A stretch of 17,941 nucleotides of DNA, taken from assembly GCA_050115495.1 (NCBI GenBank), contig JASFQK010000061.1, positions 1-17,941 of the forward strand. Direction: 5' to 3'. The stretch is from Phycisphaerae bacterium (GTDB lineage: Bacteria; Planctomycetota; Phycisphaerae; UBA1845; Fen-1342). The notes beneath the pieces were generated by a model. It made no database searches, had not been told where the DNA came from, and saw nothing but the letters and a program-made list of their open reading frames with translations. Positions 7,069-16,187 of the stretch are shown piece after piece. Numbering within the stretch: position 1 is the stretch's first letter; the number at the start of each line of letters is the position of its first letter. The translations under genes and the position numbers were made by a program.

Positions 7069-8346
7069 ATGTCGTACGTCCGCCGCCCGCCGCTTCGGCG
7101 GCTTGTCGCCCGGTTTCTGCTGGTTGCACTGGTCGGACCGGGGATGGCGTGGGCCCAGTGGCCGCAGTGGGGGGGACCACACCGCAACTTCACGATCGAG
7201 ACATCCGGACTGGCCGACTCGTGGCCCGAGAGCGGTCCGGCGCGGATCTGGGATCGGGCGCTCGGCGACGGGTTCTCCGCCATCATCGTCGACGACGGCC
7301 GCCTGTTCACGATGTACCGCGACGGCGACAGCGAGTTCACGATCGCCCTCGACGCCGCCACCGGCGAGACCGTCTGGCAGCACGAGAACCCCTCGCCGTT
7401 CACCCCGATCATGGCCCAGTACGGCCCTGGGCCGCACTCCACGCCGCTCGTGGTCGGCGATCGGCTCTACTCCGTCGGCAGCAACATGGTGCTGCACTGC
7501 TTCGAAAAGAAGACCGGCGCCGTCATCTGGCGGCGCGATCTGCGTGTCGACTTCGGCGGGGACGTCCCGGCATACGGCTACGCTTCGAGCCCGTTGGCCT
7601 GGGGGGACGCAATCATCCTCCCGGCCGGAGCCGCTCCGAACGAGGAGCAACCGCTCATCGCCCTCGATGGAGCGACCGGCCGGGCTATCTGGCAGAACCG
7701 CCCGACGGCCGCCGGTGTGGCGGCGTTCGGCGTGTACACGTCGCCGATCCTCATTCGCCTCGGCGACGAGGAGCAGGTCGTCTTCCTCGGCTGCGAGCAG
7801 GTTTCGGGCGTGAACCCGAAGGACGGCACCGTGCTGTGGACCCATCCGCACCTGAACCGCACCGGCGTCAACGCCAGCACGCCCATCTGGAACGGCGCGG
7901 ATCTGGTCTTCTGTGCGGCGGCGTACGATTCCGGGGCTCGGGCGGTGCGGCTGCGGCACGAGGGCGGGCAAACCGTCGCCGACGAGGCGTGGTATAGCCG
8001 GAAGATGCGCGTCCACCACGGCAACGTTGTCCTGATCGACGGCTACGTCTACGGCTCGACCGGCGACTTCGGACCGGCGTTCTTCGGGAGTATCGAGCTG
8101 GCGACCGGCCGCGTCGCCTGGCGGGAACGCGGTTTCAGCAAAGCGACCTGCGTCTATGGTGACGGCAAGCTGATCCTGCTGGACGAGAACGGCACGCTGG
8201 CCCTGACGACGGTGAAGCCGGAAGGACTCACAGTTCACTCCCGCTGCCGCCTGACGCAGCGCTGCTCGTGGACGGTGCCGACACTGGTGGGCCAAACCCT
8301 CTACATCCGCGACCGGCACCGGATCATGGCGTTGAACCTCGGGTGA
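7069..8346 (+). CDS. PQQ-binding-like beta-propeller repeat protein (BamB-like, 425 aa)
   Basis: GGAGG RBS and signal peptide, then WPQWGGPHRN. Repeated ALDAATGETVW / ALDGATGRAIW / ELATGRVAW blades, STP/SSP motifs and C-terminal LYIRD. Confidence 0.88.
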   Translation: MSYVRRPPLRRLVARFLLVALVGPGMAWAQWPQWGGPHRNFTIETSGLADSWPESGPARIWDRALGDGFSAIIVDDGRLFTMYRDGDSEFTIALDAATGETVWQHENPSPFTPIMAQYGPGPHSTPLVVGDRLYSVGSNMVLHCFEKKTGAVIWRRDLRVDFGGDVPAYGYASSPLAWGDAIILPAGAAPNEEQPLIALDGATGRAIWQNRPTAAGVAAFGVYTSPILIRLGDEEQVVFLGCEQVSGVNPKDGTVLWTHPHLNRTGVNASTPIWNGADLVFCAAAYDSGARAVRLRHEGGQTVADEAWYSRKMRVHHGNVVLIDGYVYGSTGDFGPAFFGSIELATGRVAWRERGFSKATCVYGDGKLILLDENGTLALTTVKPEGLTVHSRCRLTQRCSWTVPTLVGQTLYIRDRHRIMALNLG

Positions 8347-8730
8347 GGGAGGCTGAAGGCTGTTTGACTGCGTCCTTCACTTCGCTTGGACGTCTGTGAC
8401 AATTCGCGAAAACGCTCGAAAACGAAAATAGCGAGGCGACCGAGCCGCGGGGGCGGAAACGAGCGCCTGCCCATGGCCGACGCGGCAGGGGGGGGGTAAC
8501 GCCCGATAACTACCGATTGTCACGTATTGTGGCCGAGGCTGCAGGCTGCATCCGCTGACCCTGGCCGGCGTACATTGTCTGAATGGCACGCGGCCGGTGT
8601 ACGGCGCCGGCGAGGGTTGTAACGCTATGTGCATTCAGGAAAAAGGGTTACAATGATTCGACACCAGGGCATCATTGATACGACCGCCCCGTTTGATACG
8701 CCGGTCTGCACCCAGCCGAAGGATGCGGAA

Positions 8731-9828
<1,098 letters not shown>

Positions 9829-9834
9829 GGGGCG

Positions 9835-9857
9835 CACTGGTGGGCAAGCCACCAGTG
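9835..9857. repeat. Palindrome immediately after the pilT stop
   Basis: CACTGGTGG-GCAAG-CCACCAGTG, a 9-bp perfect stem. Confidence 0.55.
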
Positions 9858-9890
9858 GCACCCGGCGTCCGGGCTCCATATGGAACGTTC

Positions 9891-9920
9891 CGTAGCGTCC
9901 GACCTCCGTGTCGGACGTCG
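9891..9920 (+). repeat. GTAG-type REP, copy 1
   Basis: C-GTAG-CGTCCGAC-CTCCGT-GTCGGACG-TCG, identical to 10658-10687. Confidence 0.8.
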
Positions 9921-9972
9921 CTGGCCGAACGATCATCGCATTGCCCACCAACCCGCGAATGGCGCGCACCAA

Positions 9973-10002
9973 CGTAGCGTTGGCCCCCCGTGGCCAACGT
10001 CG
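9973..10002 (+). repeat. GTAG-type REP, covariant sister of 9891-9920
   Basis: C-GTAG-CGTTGGCC-CCCCGT-GGCCAACG-TCG. Same geometry, with three compensated stem pairs. Confidence 0.75.
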
Positions 10003-10128
10003 ACTACCGACAGACGCCTGTCCGCGCAGCTTCTGACCCCTGAATTCTGACTCCCTCCTCCCGCCGCATTTGTCGACGATCACCCGCGCGTGGATAATGC
10101 GGTTCGTTCGATCAAGTTGAGGTGAGCC

Positions 10129-10662
10129 ATGGACGTGTTCGAGGCGATTGGCAAAAGGCACAGCTATCGGGGGCCATTCCAGGAGCAGGCGGTTCGCCGG
10201 GAGGATCTGCGGCGGATCGTGCAGGCGGGGCTGCAAGCGCCGTCGGGCAAGAACGCGCAGACGACGCGGTTCGTAATCGTCGACGAGCCGGAACTCCTGC
10301 GCAAGATCGGCGCGTTGCACGCCAGCAACGTCGCGGTGCAGCAGGCCCGGGCGATGATCGCCTGCATCGTCGATCAGCAGCCGGTGGCGGTGTACGAGAG
10401 CCACCACTTCCAGATCGAAGACTGTGCGGCGGCGGTGGAGAACATGCTGCTGGCCGTGACGGCGCTGGGCTACGCGACCGTGTGGATCGACGGGTGGCTG
10501 CGTACCGGCGGCCGGGCGGAGCAGATCGGGCAGATGCTCGGGCTGCCGGCGGGGAAGGTGATCCGCGTGCTGCTACCCATCGGCGTGCCGGCGGAAACCG
10601 GGCCGCGGAAAGAGAAGCTGCCGTTCGAGCAGCGCGCGTGGTTCAACGCGTACGGAACGTAG
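10129..10662 (+). CDS. Nitroreductase family protein (177 aa)
   Basis: GAGGTG RBS. Motifs AIGKRHSYR, QAPSGKNAQ, DCAAAVENMLLAVTALGYATVWI and LPIGVP. Confidence 0.92.
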   Translation: MDVFEAIGKRHSYRGPFQEQAVRREDLRRIVQAGLQAPSGKNAQTTRFVIVDEPELLRKIGALHASNVAVQQARAMIACIVDQQPVAVYESHHFQIEDCAAAVENMLLAVTALGYATVWIDGWLRTGGRAEQIGQMLGLPAGKVIRVLLPIGVPAETGPRKEKLPFEQRAWFNAYGT

Positions 10663-10687
10663 CGTCCGACCTCCGTGTCGGACGTCG
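10658..10687 (+). repeat. GTAG-type REP, copy 2 (overlaps the nitroreductase stop codon)
   Basis: 30/30 identical to 9891-9920. TAG 10660-10662 is part of its GTAG head. Confidence 0.8.
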
Positions 10688-11051
10688 ATCACCAACCAGG
10701 GACTGAAGTCCCCGGCAACTGCCGCGCGCCCTCCGGGCGGAGAAGAGGTAGAGGGGGTGAGGCTCCCCGGTCCAGGGACTGAAGTCCCTGGCAACCAACG
10801 TGCGCCCTCCGGGCGAAGAAGTGGACGCATGATGCTTCTCCGCCCGAAGGGAGCACGACCGTAGCCAGAGGCTCCGGCCGTTGGCCGCAAGTACGCTCCC
10901 CGCGTCTCCTCGCCCGGAGGGCGCACGATCGTAGCCAGGGACTTCAGTCCCTGGAGAACGAGGACGAATCGACCCTCTCCTCTTCCTCTTCGCCCGGAGG
11001 GCGCACGACCGTAGCCAGGGACTTCAGTCCCTGGATGACTGTTGGTGATCG
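10686..11051. repeat. REPIN/BIME-like cluster of five 44-bp bipartite units bounded by an 11-bp inverted repeat
   Basis: Unit is CGCCCGGAGGGCG-N7-GTAG-CCAGGGACTTCAGTCCCTGG. Forward copies at 10841-10884 (degenerate), 10911-10954 and 10991-11034. Reverse copies at 10696-10739 and 10772-10815. CGATCACCAAC (10686-10696) pairs with GTTGGTGATCG (11041-11051). Confidence 0.85.
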
Positions 11052-11061
11052 GGGGCGGATT

Positions 11062-11101
11062 GCAGCGCCCAGGGCGCCGGGTTGCGGCGCCCAGGCGCTG
11101 C
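11062..11101. terminator. GC-rich hairpin between convergent genes, possible terminator
   Basis: GCAGCGCC-CA-GGGCGCCG-GGTTG-CGGCGCCC-A-GGCGCTGC, 21 nt beyond the carboxypeptidase stop, with no U-tract. Confidence 0.35.
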
Positions 11102-11122
11102 GATCCAGGTCGCGGCGGATGA

Positions 11123-13747
11123 TCAACCGTCGGTGAGCAGGCTCACGAACGGGCTGATGTCGAAGTTGTCGACGCTGCCGTCACCGTTAATGTCGGCCAG
11201 CATGCGGTCGCAACCGGGGTAAGCCGTGGCGTAGCCGTCGGGGTTCGTCAGGGCCAGAATGAAGGCGGCGATGTCGAAGTTATCGACGGTGCCGTCGCAA
11301 TTCAGGTCGCCGGGCTGATAGGGGCACTCGAGGATGAGGAAGACGTCGTCGCTTTCGTCCCAGGCGCCGTAGACGCCGCTGCCGTAGTAGGCCCGGACGC
11401 GGATCTTGCAGGTATCGCTGGGACCGAGGGGCGTCCACGGGACGGAGACGTCGCCGGGATCGGTAAGGGCGACGATGTCGGTCCACTCGGTGGTGTCATC
11501 CACGAGCGTCACGTCATCGATCCAGGCCGTGTCGCTGCCGCCGCTGACGCCGGCGTCCTTCACGTATTCCCACCTGACGATGTGCGAGCCGGCGGAGAGC
11601 GTGGTCGTGTACAGGTACCACGTCGAGCTGTTGCCGGACACGTGGACCACGCGTTCGCCATCAACGTAGCAATTCAAGAAGTCGTAACGGGGTTCAGAGC
11701 TGACCCTGTAGCGAAAGCTCAGGGTGCCGCCGCTGACCGTACGCTGCAGCCAGGTCGACTGGCTGTGGGTAATCGTGCCGGCGCGGGCGGAGTGGGTGCC
11801 TGTGTACGCCGCGGTGTTGCTGACGATCCAGTTGGCGTTGCCGCCGGTGGTGTAGTCAGCGCTGAAGCCGCCGTCCTCGAAGCTGTCGACGACCTGGGCG
11901 GTGTCGCCGTAGTTCTCGGAGTACTGGACCTGGAAGGGGGTGGTGGCGTTGCCGATCCAGGTGACGGTCGTGGGCTGGCCACTGTTGAGGACCTCGCCGC
12001 CGTTCGGGTAGGTGACGCGGGCGGAGGGCCCCATCGGCACGTCGAGCACCGTGGCCGCGCCTTCGTTGACGACGACGTTGGGGATGGTGATGGAGTCGTA
12101 GCCGTCGGCAGAGAAGGTCAGTGCGTACGTGCCGGGCAGCAGCATGCGGTGATAGTCGCCGACGTCGGGATCGGTGTAGATCGGGTGGTCACGGCCCACA
12201 ACGAGGACGGTGGCGGCGAGGGGCGCGCCGGTCTGAGCGTCGCTCACGATGCCGCGGACGCCGATGAGGCAGGTCTCCATGTAGGAAAGCATGGACTCCT
12301 GGTTCTGGCTCCAGTAGGTGGGCATCTGCGAGTAGGCCGGGGCCTTGGGCCCCAGCTCGATCGTGACCTCGTTGCAGCCCTCGTAGCGGTAGTTCCAGTC
12401 TTGCATGCCGCCGTCGATGACGTACCACTCGGCCCCATTCGTGATGCCGTGATAGAACTCGGTGCTGTTCCACATCGGCAGGTTGTCCTCGGAATACTCC
12501 TCGCTGATGGCGATGAACAGGTCGTCATCGGGCGACGGGGAGTTCGTGCCGGAGGGCAGGCCGTTGTTGTCGAACGGGTAATTGACGACCAGCGCACCGC
12601 CGTGGAAATTCGCCGAGGCCGTGAACGAGTGGGCGAAGCACCAGTTCATGATGTTGGCGATCTCGATCGGGCGGCCGGTGGTGGTGTTCGGGTCGGGGTT
12701 GGAGCCATAGCCTTCCGGGAAGTTGCGGTTGAGGTCTACGCCGTTGGCGTTCGCACGCGTGTAGTTCACGTACCCGTCCGGGTTCATCGTCGGCACGATC
12801 CAGATTTCGACGTTGTCGACCAGGTCGGTGACGCGCTGGACCGTCCCGTAGTTCTCGAGCAGGTACTCGATCAGGTTGAGGCACATGACCAGGCCGGTGA
12901 CCTCGTCGCCGTGCATATTGGCGATGTACTTGAACTCCGGCTCGTCCTCTTCCGTGTTGAGGTTGTCCGTGATCTTGAGGGCGTACATGTGCCGGCCCTG
13001 CACGCTCACGCCCAGATCGAAGCGCTGGCAGATATTCGGGTACTGCGTGGCCCACGTCTGGAGCGTGTTGCCGACCTCGGTGACGGACGGATATCCACTG
13101 GGCTGCCGCGGCTGGGGCGGCACGTCCGTGTGCGGCCAGGCCGGCAGGCCCTGGTGGTCGCGCAACGCCGGGTCGGCGCCCGCAGCCATCAGCGCCTGAG
13201 CGATCTCGTCGAGCAGCGGTTGAAGCTCCGGATCATTCTCGCGGGCGTCGGCCCCCAGCACGTGCAGGGGCGTCTGGCCGTCCACATTCGCCGCGTTGAC
13301 GTCCGCGCCGGCGGCGACGAGCCGCTGCGCGGCTTCGAGGCGGCAGCGCCGCGCCGCGATGTGCTGCGGCGTGTCGCCGTTATGGTCGATAGCGTTCACG
13401 TCCGCGCCGGCGAGGAGCAGCGCGTCGATCAGCTTGCCGTCCCCGGACTGGGCGGCGATGTGCAACGGCGTGAGGCCGTTCCAATCCGCGGCGTTCACGT
13501 CAGCACCCCAGGCCAGCAGAAGCTCAACGATCCCTCCCTGGCGGCCGAGGACCGCATAATGCAGCGGTGTTTCATCGAACGCCGTGCGGGAGGAGACCAG
13601 GTCCGGCGTGGCGCTGAGCAGGGCGGCCACGCGGTTCAGGTCGCCGGCGCGGGCTGCGGCGTGCAGGTCCGGCGTGTCGGCGGCGAACGTCCAGGAGGCA
13701 GCGAGCACAAGACAGACCGCGAGAACGAGGGTGTGGTGTAACTTCAT
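11123..13747 (-). CDS. Secreted M14 zinc carboxypeptidase (N/E, CPD-like) with N-terminal ankyrin repeats and C-terminal dockerin-like domain (874 aa)
   Basis: Signal peptide MKLHHTLVLAVCLVLAASWTFA. Ankyrin motifs TPLHYA, TPLHIA and GADVNA. M14 motifs NMHGDE, NPDGY, DLNRNF, ANFHGG and VTIEL. Carboxypeptidase regulatory-like domain GVRGIVSD..LLPGTY, then PNGGE, and C-terminal GDLNCDGTVDNFDI..ADINGDGSVDNFDI. Start moved to 13747. Confidence 0.9.
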   Translation of the reverse strand: MKLHHTLVLAVCLVLAASWTFAADTPDLHAAARAGDLNRVAALLSATPDLVSSRTAFDETPLHYAVLGRQGGIVELLLAWGADVNAADWNGLTPLHIAAQSGDGKLIDALLLAGADVNAIDHNGDTPQHIAARRCRLEAAQRLVAAGADVNAANVDGQTPLHVLGADARENDPELQPLLDEIAQALMAAGADPALRDHQGLPAWPHTDVPPQPRQPSGYPSVTEVGNTLQTWATQYPNICQRFDLGVSVQGRHMYALKITDNLNTEEDEPEFKYIANMHGDEVTGLVMCLNLIEYLLENYGTVQRVTDLVDNVEIWIVPTMNPDGYVNYTRANANGVDLNRNFPEGYGSNPDPNTTTGRPIEIANIMNWCFAHSFTASANFHGGALVVNYPFDNNGLPSGTNSPSPDDDLFIAISEEYSEDNLPMWNSTEFYHGITNGAEWYVIDGGMQDWNYRYEGCNEVTIELGPKAPAYSQMPTYWSQNQESMLSYMETCLIGVRGIVSDAQTGAPLAATVLVVGRDHPIYTDPDVGDYHRMLLPGTYALTFSADGYDSITIPNVVVNEGAATVLDVPMGPSARVTYPNGGEVLNSGQPTTVTWIGNATTPFQVQYSENYGDTAQVVDSFEDGGFSADYTTGGNANWIVSNTAAYTGTHSARAGTITHSQSTWLQRTVSGGTLSFRYRVSSEPRYDFLNCYVDGERVVHVSGNSSTWYLYTTTLSAGSHIVRWEYVKDAGVSGGSDTAWIDDVTLVDDTTEWTDIVALTDPGDVSVPWTPLGPSDTCKIRVRAYYGSGVYGAWDESDDVFLILECPYQPGDLNCDGTVDNFDIAAFILALTNPDGYATAYPGCDRMLADINGDGSVDNFDISPFVSLLTDG

Positions 13748-13953
13748 GGTCTTCTTATCCTTCCAATATGTCCTGCAGGCATGGACAGCCCAGCGCTTTC
13801 GCTCCCCGGTGACCGCCACCAGTGTAACTCGGCGGTCACGCCGGGGGAAATCAATTCGCCCGCGGCGCAGTGCCCGATAACCACGCCGCCGGCGACAGGC
13901 GATCGTGAACCGCGGGTGGGGGGGGGGGCGCGCGGCCCGCCGGCCGGGATAGA

Positions 13954-14805
13954 ATGAACATCCTAATGCAGGGGCGGTTGTCAGTATTGATCGCACTTGT
14001 CCTGGGCGGGTTGGTCCTTCTGGCCGGTTCGTGCCGGCGGGACGCATCTGCGCACGCGGCAGCGGGACCGAGCACGCTGCGCATCGTGTCCTGGAACGTG
14101 CACGCCTGTGAAGGGGGCATCGACGCCATCATTGCCGAGCTGCGCCGGTTGAACGCCGACATCGTGTGCTTGCAGGAAGTGAGTCAGGGGAGCGGCACCG
14201 CAGAGGAGCCGGACCAGGTTCGGCACATCGCCGACGCGTTGGGCATGGACGTGTTCCACTGCTCGTCCTCGATGCCGGACGAGACCCACCAATGCGTCGT
14301 CATACTCGGACGGGTACCGTTCACCAGCACGAGTACGCTCGAGTTGGGGCCGCACCGGCACTACGGTGTAACGGGCGTGACGACCTGGCAGGGCGAGCCC
14401 TTGCGTATCGTCGGCGTGCACCTGGCCGCCACCTACCTGCTGGAGTGGCAGCACATCCTTCAGACCTGCCGCGAGAGGACGCGGGAGGCCGTCGACCTTG
14501 TGGCGCGGGTCGATGCGTGGAGCGGGCCGATCGTGCTGCTGGGGGATCTTAACACCACGCCGGGCAGTGGCGTGTACAACCGTCTGAGCGGGGCTCTCAT
14601 ACCCGTGGTGTTTCCGGCGGCGACGTTTCCCGCGCACCACCCGGTGCTCCAACTGGACCACGTGCTGCTCTCACGGGGGGGTTGCAGGCGACGCGCGCGG
14701 AAATCCCCGAGTCGCTGGCGTCCGACCATCGACCGATTGTGGTTGATGTTACGGCAGTGCGGCTGTAGGTACTCCCGCCTTACAGCTCGCGGAACCTCGC
14801 CGTGA
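13954..14805 (+). CDS. Endonuclease/exonuclease/phosphatase (EEP) family protein, frameshifted near the 3' end (restored stop at 14768)
   Basis: LRIVSWNV, ADIVCLQEV, GVHL, LLGDLN and LDHVL are in frame. The final SDHRP motif lies in another frame after G7 (14675-14681). Hydrophobic N-terminus ending LAGSC (possible lipoprotein). Alternative start at 13966. Confidence 0.85.
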   Translation: MNILMQGRLSVLIALVLGGLVLLAGSCRRDASAHAAAGPSTLRIVSWNVHACEGGIDAIIAELRRLNADIVCLQEVSQGSGTAEEPDQVRHIADALGMDVFHCSSSMPDETHQCVVILGRVPFTSTSTLELGPHRHYGVTGVTTWQGEPLRIVGVHLAATYLLEWQHILQTCRERTREAVDLVARVDAWSGPIVLLGDLNTTPGSGVYNRLSGALIPVVFPAATFPAHHPVLQLDHVLLSRGGCRRRARKSPSRWRPTIDRLWLMLRQCGCRYSRLTARGTSP

Positions 14806-16135
14806 AGTGCCGCAGTGACGGCGCCTCGCTGACGATCTCCAGCCCGCGGAGCTTGTCGCGCTGCGCGAACAGATCGAGCACGACCTCGACGACGTAGTCG
14901 ACGTGGCTCTGCGTGTATACCCGCCGGGGGATGGCCAGCCGGACGAGCTCCATCGGGGGGGCCTTGCCGCCGCCGCCGAACATGACGCTGCCGATCTCGA
15001 CCGCGCGGATGCCGCCGTGACGGTACAGCCCGCAGACGACCGCCTGCCCGGGGAACTGCGCCGGCGGTATGTGCGGGCAGAAGTGCTTCGCATCGACGTA
15101 GATGGCGTGACCGCCGGGGGGCTCGACGATTTGCACGCCGCCGGCGAGGAGCTTCTCGCCGAGATACTCGGTGCTGCGGATGCGGTACTGGAGGTAGTCC
15201 TCGTGGACGACCTCCTCGAAACCCTGGGCCATCGCTTCGAGGTCGCGGCCGGCCAGACCGCCGTACGTGAGGAAGCCCTCGGTGAGGATGAGCAGCTCAT
15301 CCGCCCGGCGGACCAGCTCGGCGTCGCGCAGTAGCAGCAGGCCACCGATATTCACCAGCCCGTCCTTCTTCGCGCTGATCGTGGCCCCGTCGGCGAGGCT
15401 GAACATCTCGTGCACGATTTCGCGGACGGAGCGGTCCTGCTGCCCCGGTTCGCGCATCTTGATGAAGTACGCGTTCTCGGCGAAGCGGCAGGCGTCGAGG
15501 AAGAACGGCAGCTTGTAGCGGTCACAGACGGCGCGAATGGCGCGGATGTTCTCCAGGCTGACCGGCTGGCCGCCGCCGCTGTTGTTCGTCACGGTGACCA
15601 TGACGACCGGGATGCGCTCGACGCCGACCTCTTTGATGAGGGCTTCGAGCCGGGCGATGTCCATGTTGCCCTTGAACGGATGGCGGCTGCGTGGGTCGCG
15701 GCCCTCGGCGATGACGAGATCGACGGCCTCGGCGCCGGAATGCTCGATGTTGGCGCGGGTCGTGTCGAAGTGGCTGTTGTTCGGGACGATCTTGCCCTTG
15801 CCGCCGAGCAGCTCGAAGAGGATACGCTCGCTGGCCCGGCCCTGGTGTGTGGGCAGAATATGCTCGAAGCCGGTGATCTCGCGGAGCTTCTCTTCGAGCA
15901 CGAACCAGCTCTTCGCGCCGGCGTACGACTCATCGCCGCGCATCACGCCCGCCCATTGCAGGCTGCTCATGGCGCCCGTGCCCGAGTCGGTGAGCAGGTC
16001 GATCAGCACGTCCTCGGCGCGGACCAGGAACGCGTTGTAGCCGGCCTCGGCCAGGATGCGCTCGCGCTCCTCGCGCGTCGTCATGCGGATCGGCTCGACT
16101 ACCTTGATGCGAAACGGCTCGATGATCGTTTTCAT
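14780..16135 (-). CDS. tnaA: Tryptophanase (tryptophan indole-lyase; PLP beta-eliminating lyase, 451 aa)
   Basis: EPFRIK, IDLLTDSGT, GDESYAG, HQGR, PLP lysine motif SAKKD and RLAIPRRVYT. The residues FDTT, VEIG and LRHFTA match tryptophanase rather than tyrosine phenol-lyase (FTTT, MERG, LRFFTA). Confidence 0.9.
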   Translation of the reverse strand: MKTIIEPFRIKVVEPIRMTTREERERILAEAGYNAFLVRAEDVLIDLLTDSGTGAMSSLQWAGVMRGDESYAGAKSWFVLEEKLREITGFEHILPTHQGRASERILFELLGGKGKIVPNNSHFDTTRANIEHSGAEAVDLVIAEGRDPRSRHPFKGNMDIARLEALIKEVGVERIPVVMVTVTNNSGGGQPVSLENIRAIRAVCDRYKLPFFLDACRFAENAYFIKMREPGQQDRSVREIVHEMFSLADGATISAKKDGLVNIGGLLLLRDAELVRRADELLILTEGFLTYGGLAGRDLEAMAQGFEEVVHEDYLQYRIRSTEYLGEKLLAGGVQIVEPPGGHAIYVDAKHFCPHIPPAQFPGQAVVCGLYRHGGIRAVEIGSVMFGGGGKAPPMELVRLAIPRRVYTQSHVDYVVEVVLDLFAQRDKLRGLEIVSEAPSLRHFTARFREL

Positions 16136-16187
16136 GGAAACAGACCTTCCGGCGATTCAGGGGGTTCGGAAAAACAACAAGCGGGCA

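Noticed and set aside
6287..8319. Long ORFs 6287-7813 (+), 6867-7997 (+) and 6907-8319 (-)
   Set aside because: They overlap better-supported genes in other frames and give motif-free, mostly Arg/Pro/Ala-rich translations.
9891..10687. Integron cassette with attC sites
   Set aside because: The flanking repeats lack RYYYAAC/GTTRRRY ends and no integrase is present.
10696..11034. CRISPR array
   Set aside because: The units occur in both orientations, are 44 bp and bipartite with GTAG heads, have related low-complexity spacers, and no cas genes are present. This fits REPs.
11582..13741. 719-aa plus-strand ORF
   Set aside because: Antisense shadow of the carboxypeptidase gene, as expected from high-GC codon bias. 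It has no recognisable motifs.
14955..14961. G7 run inside tnaA as a frameshift site
   Set aside because: The frame is intact (KAPPMELVRLAIPRR) and conserved motifs continue to the stop.
14780..16135. Tyrosine phenol-lyase (tpl) assignment
   Set aside because: The specificity positions read FDTT, VEIG and LRHF, which is the tryptophanase pattern.
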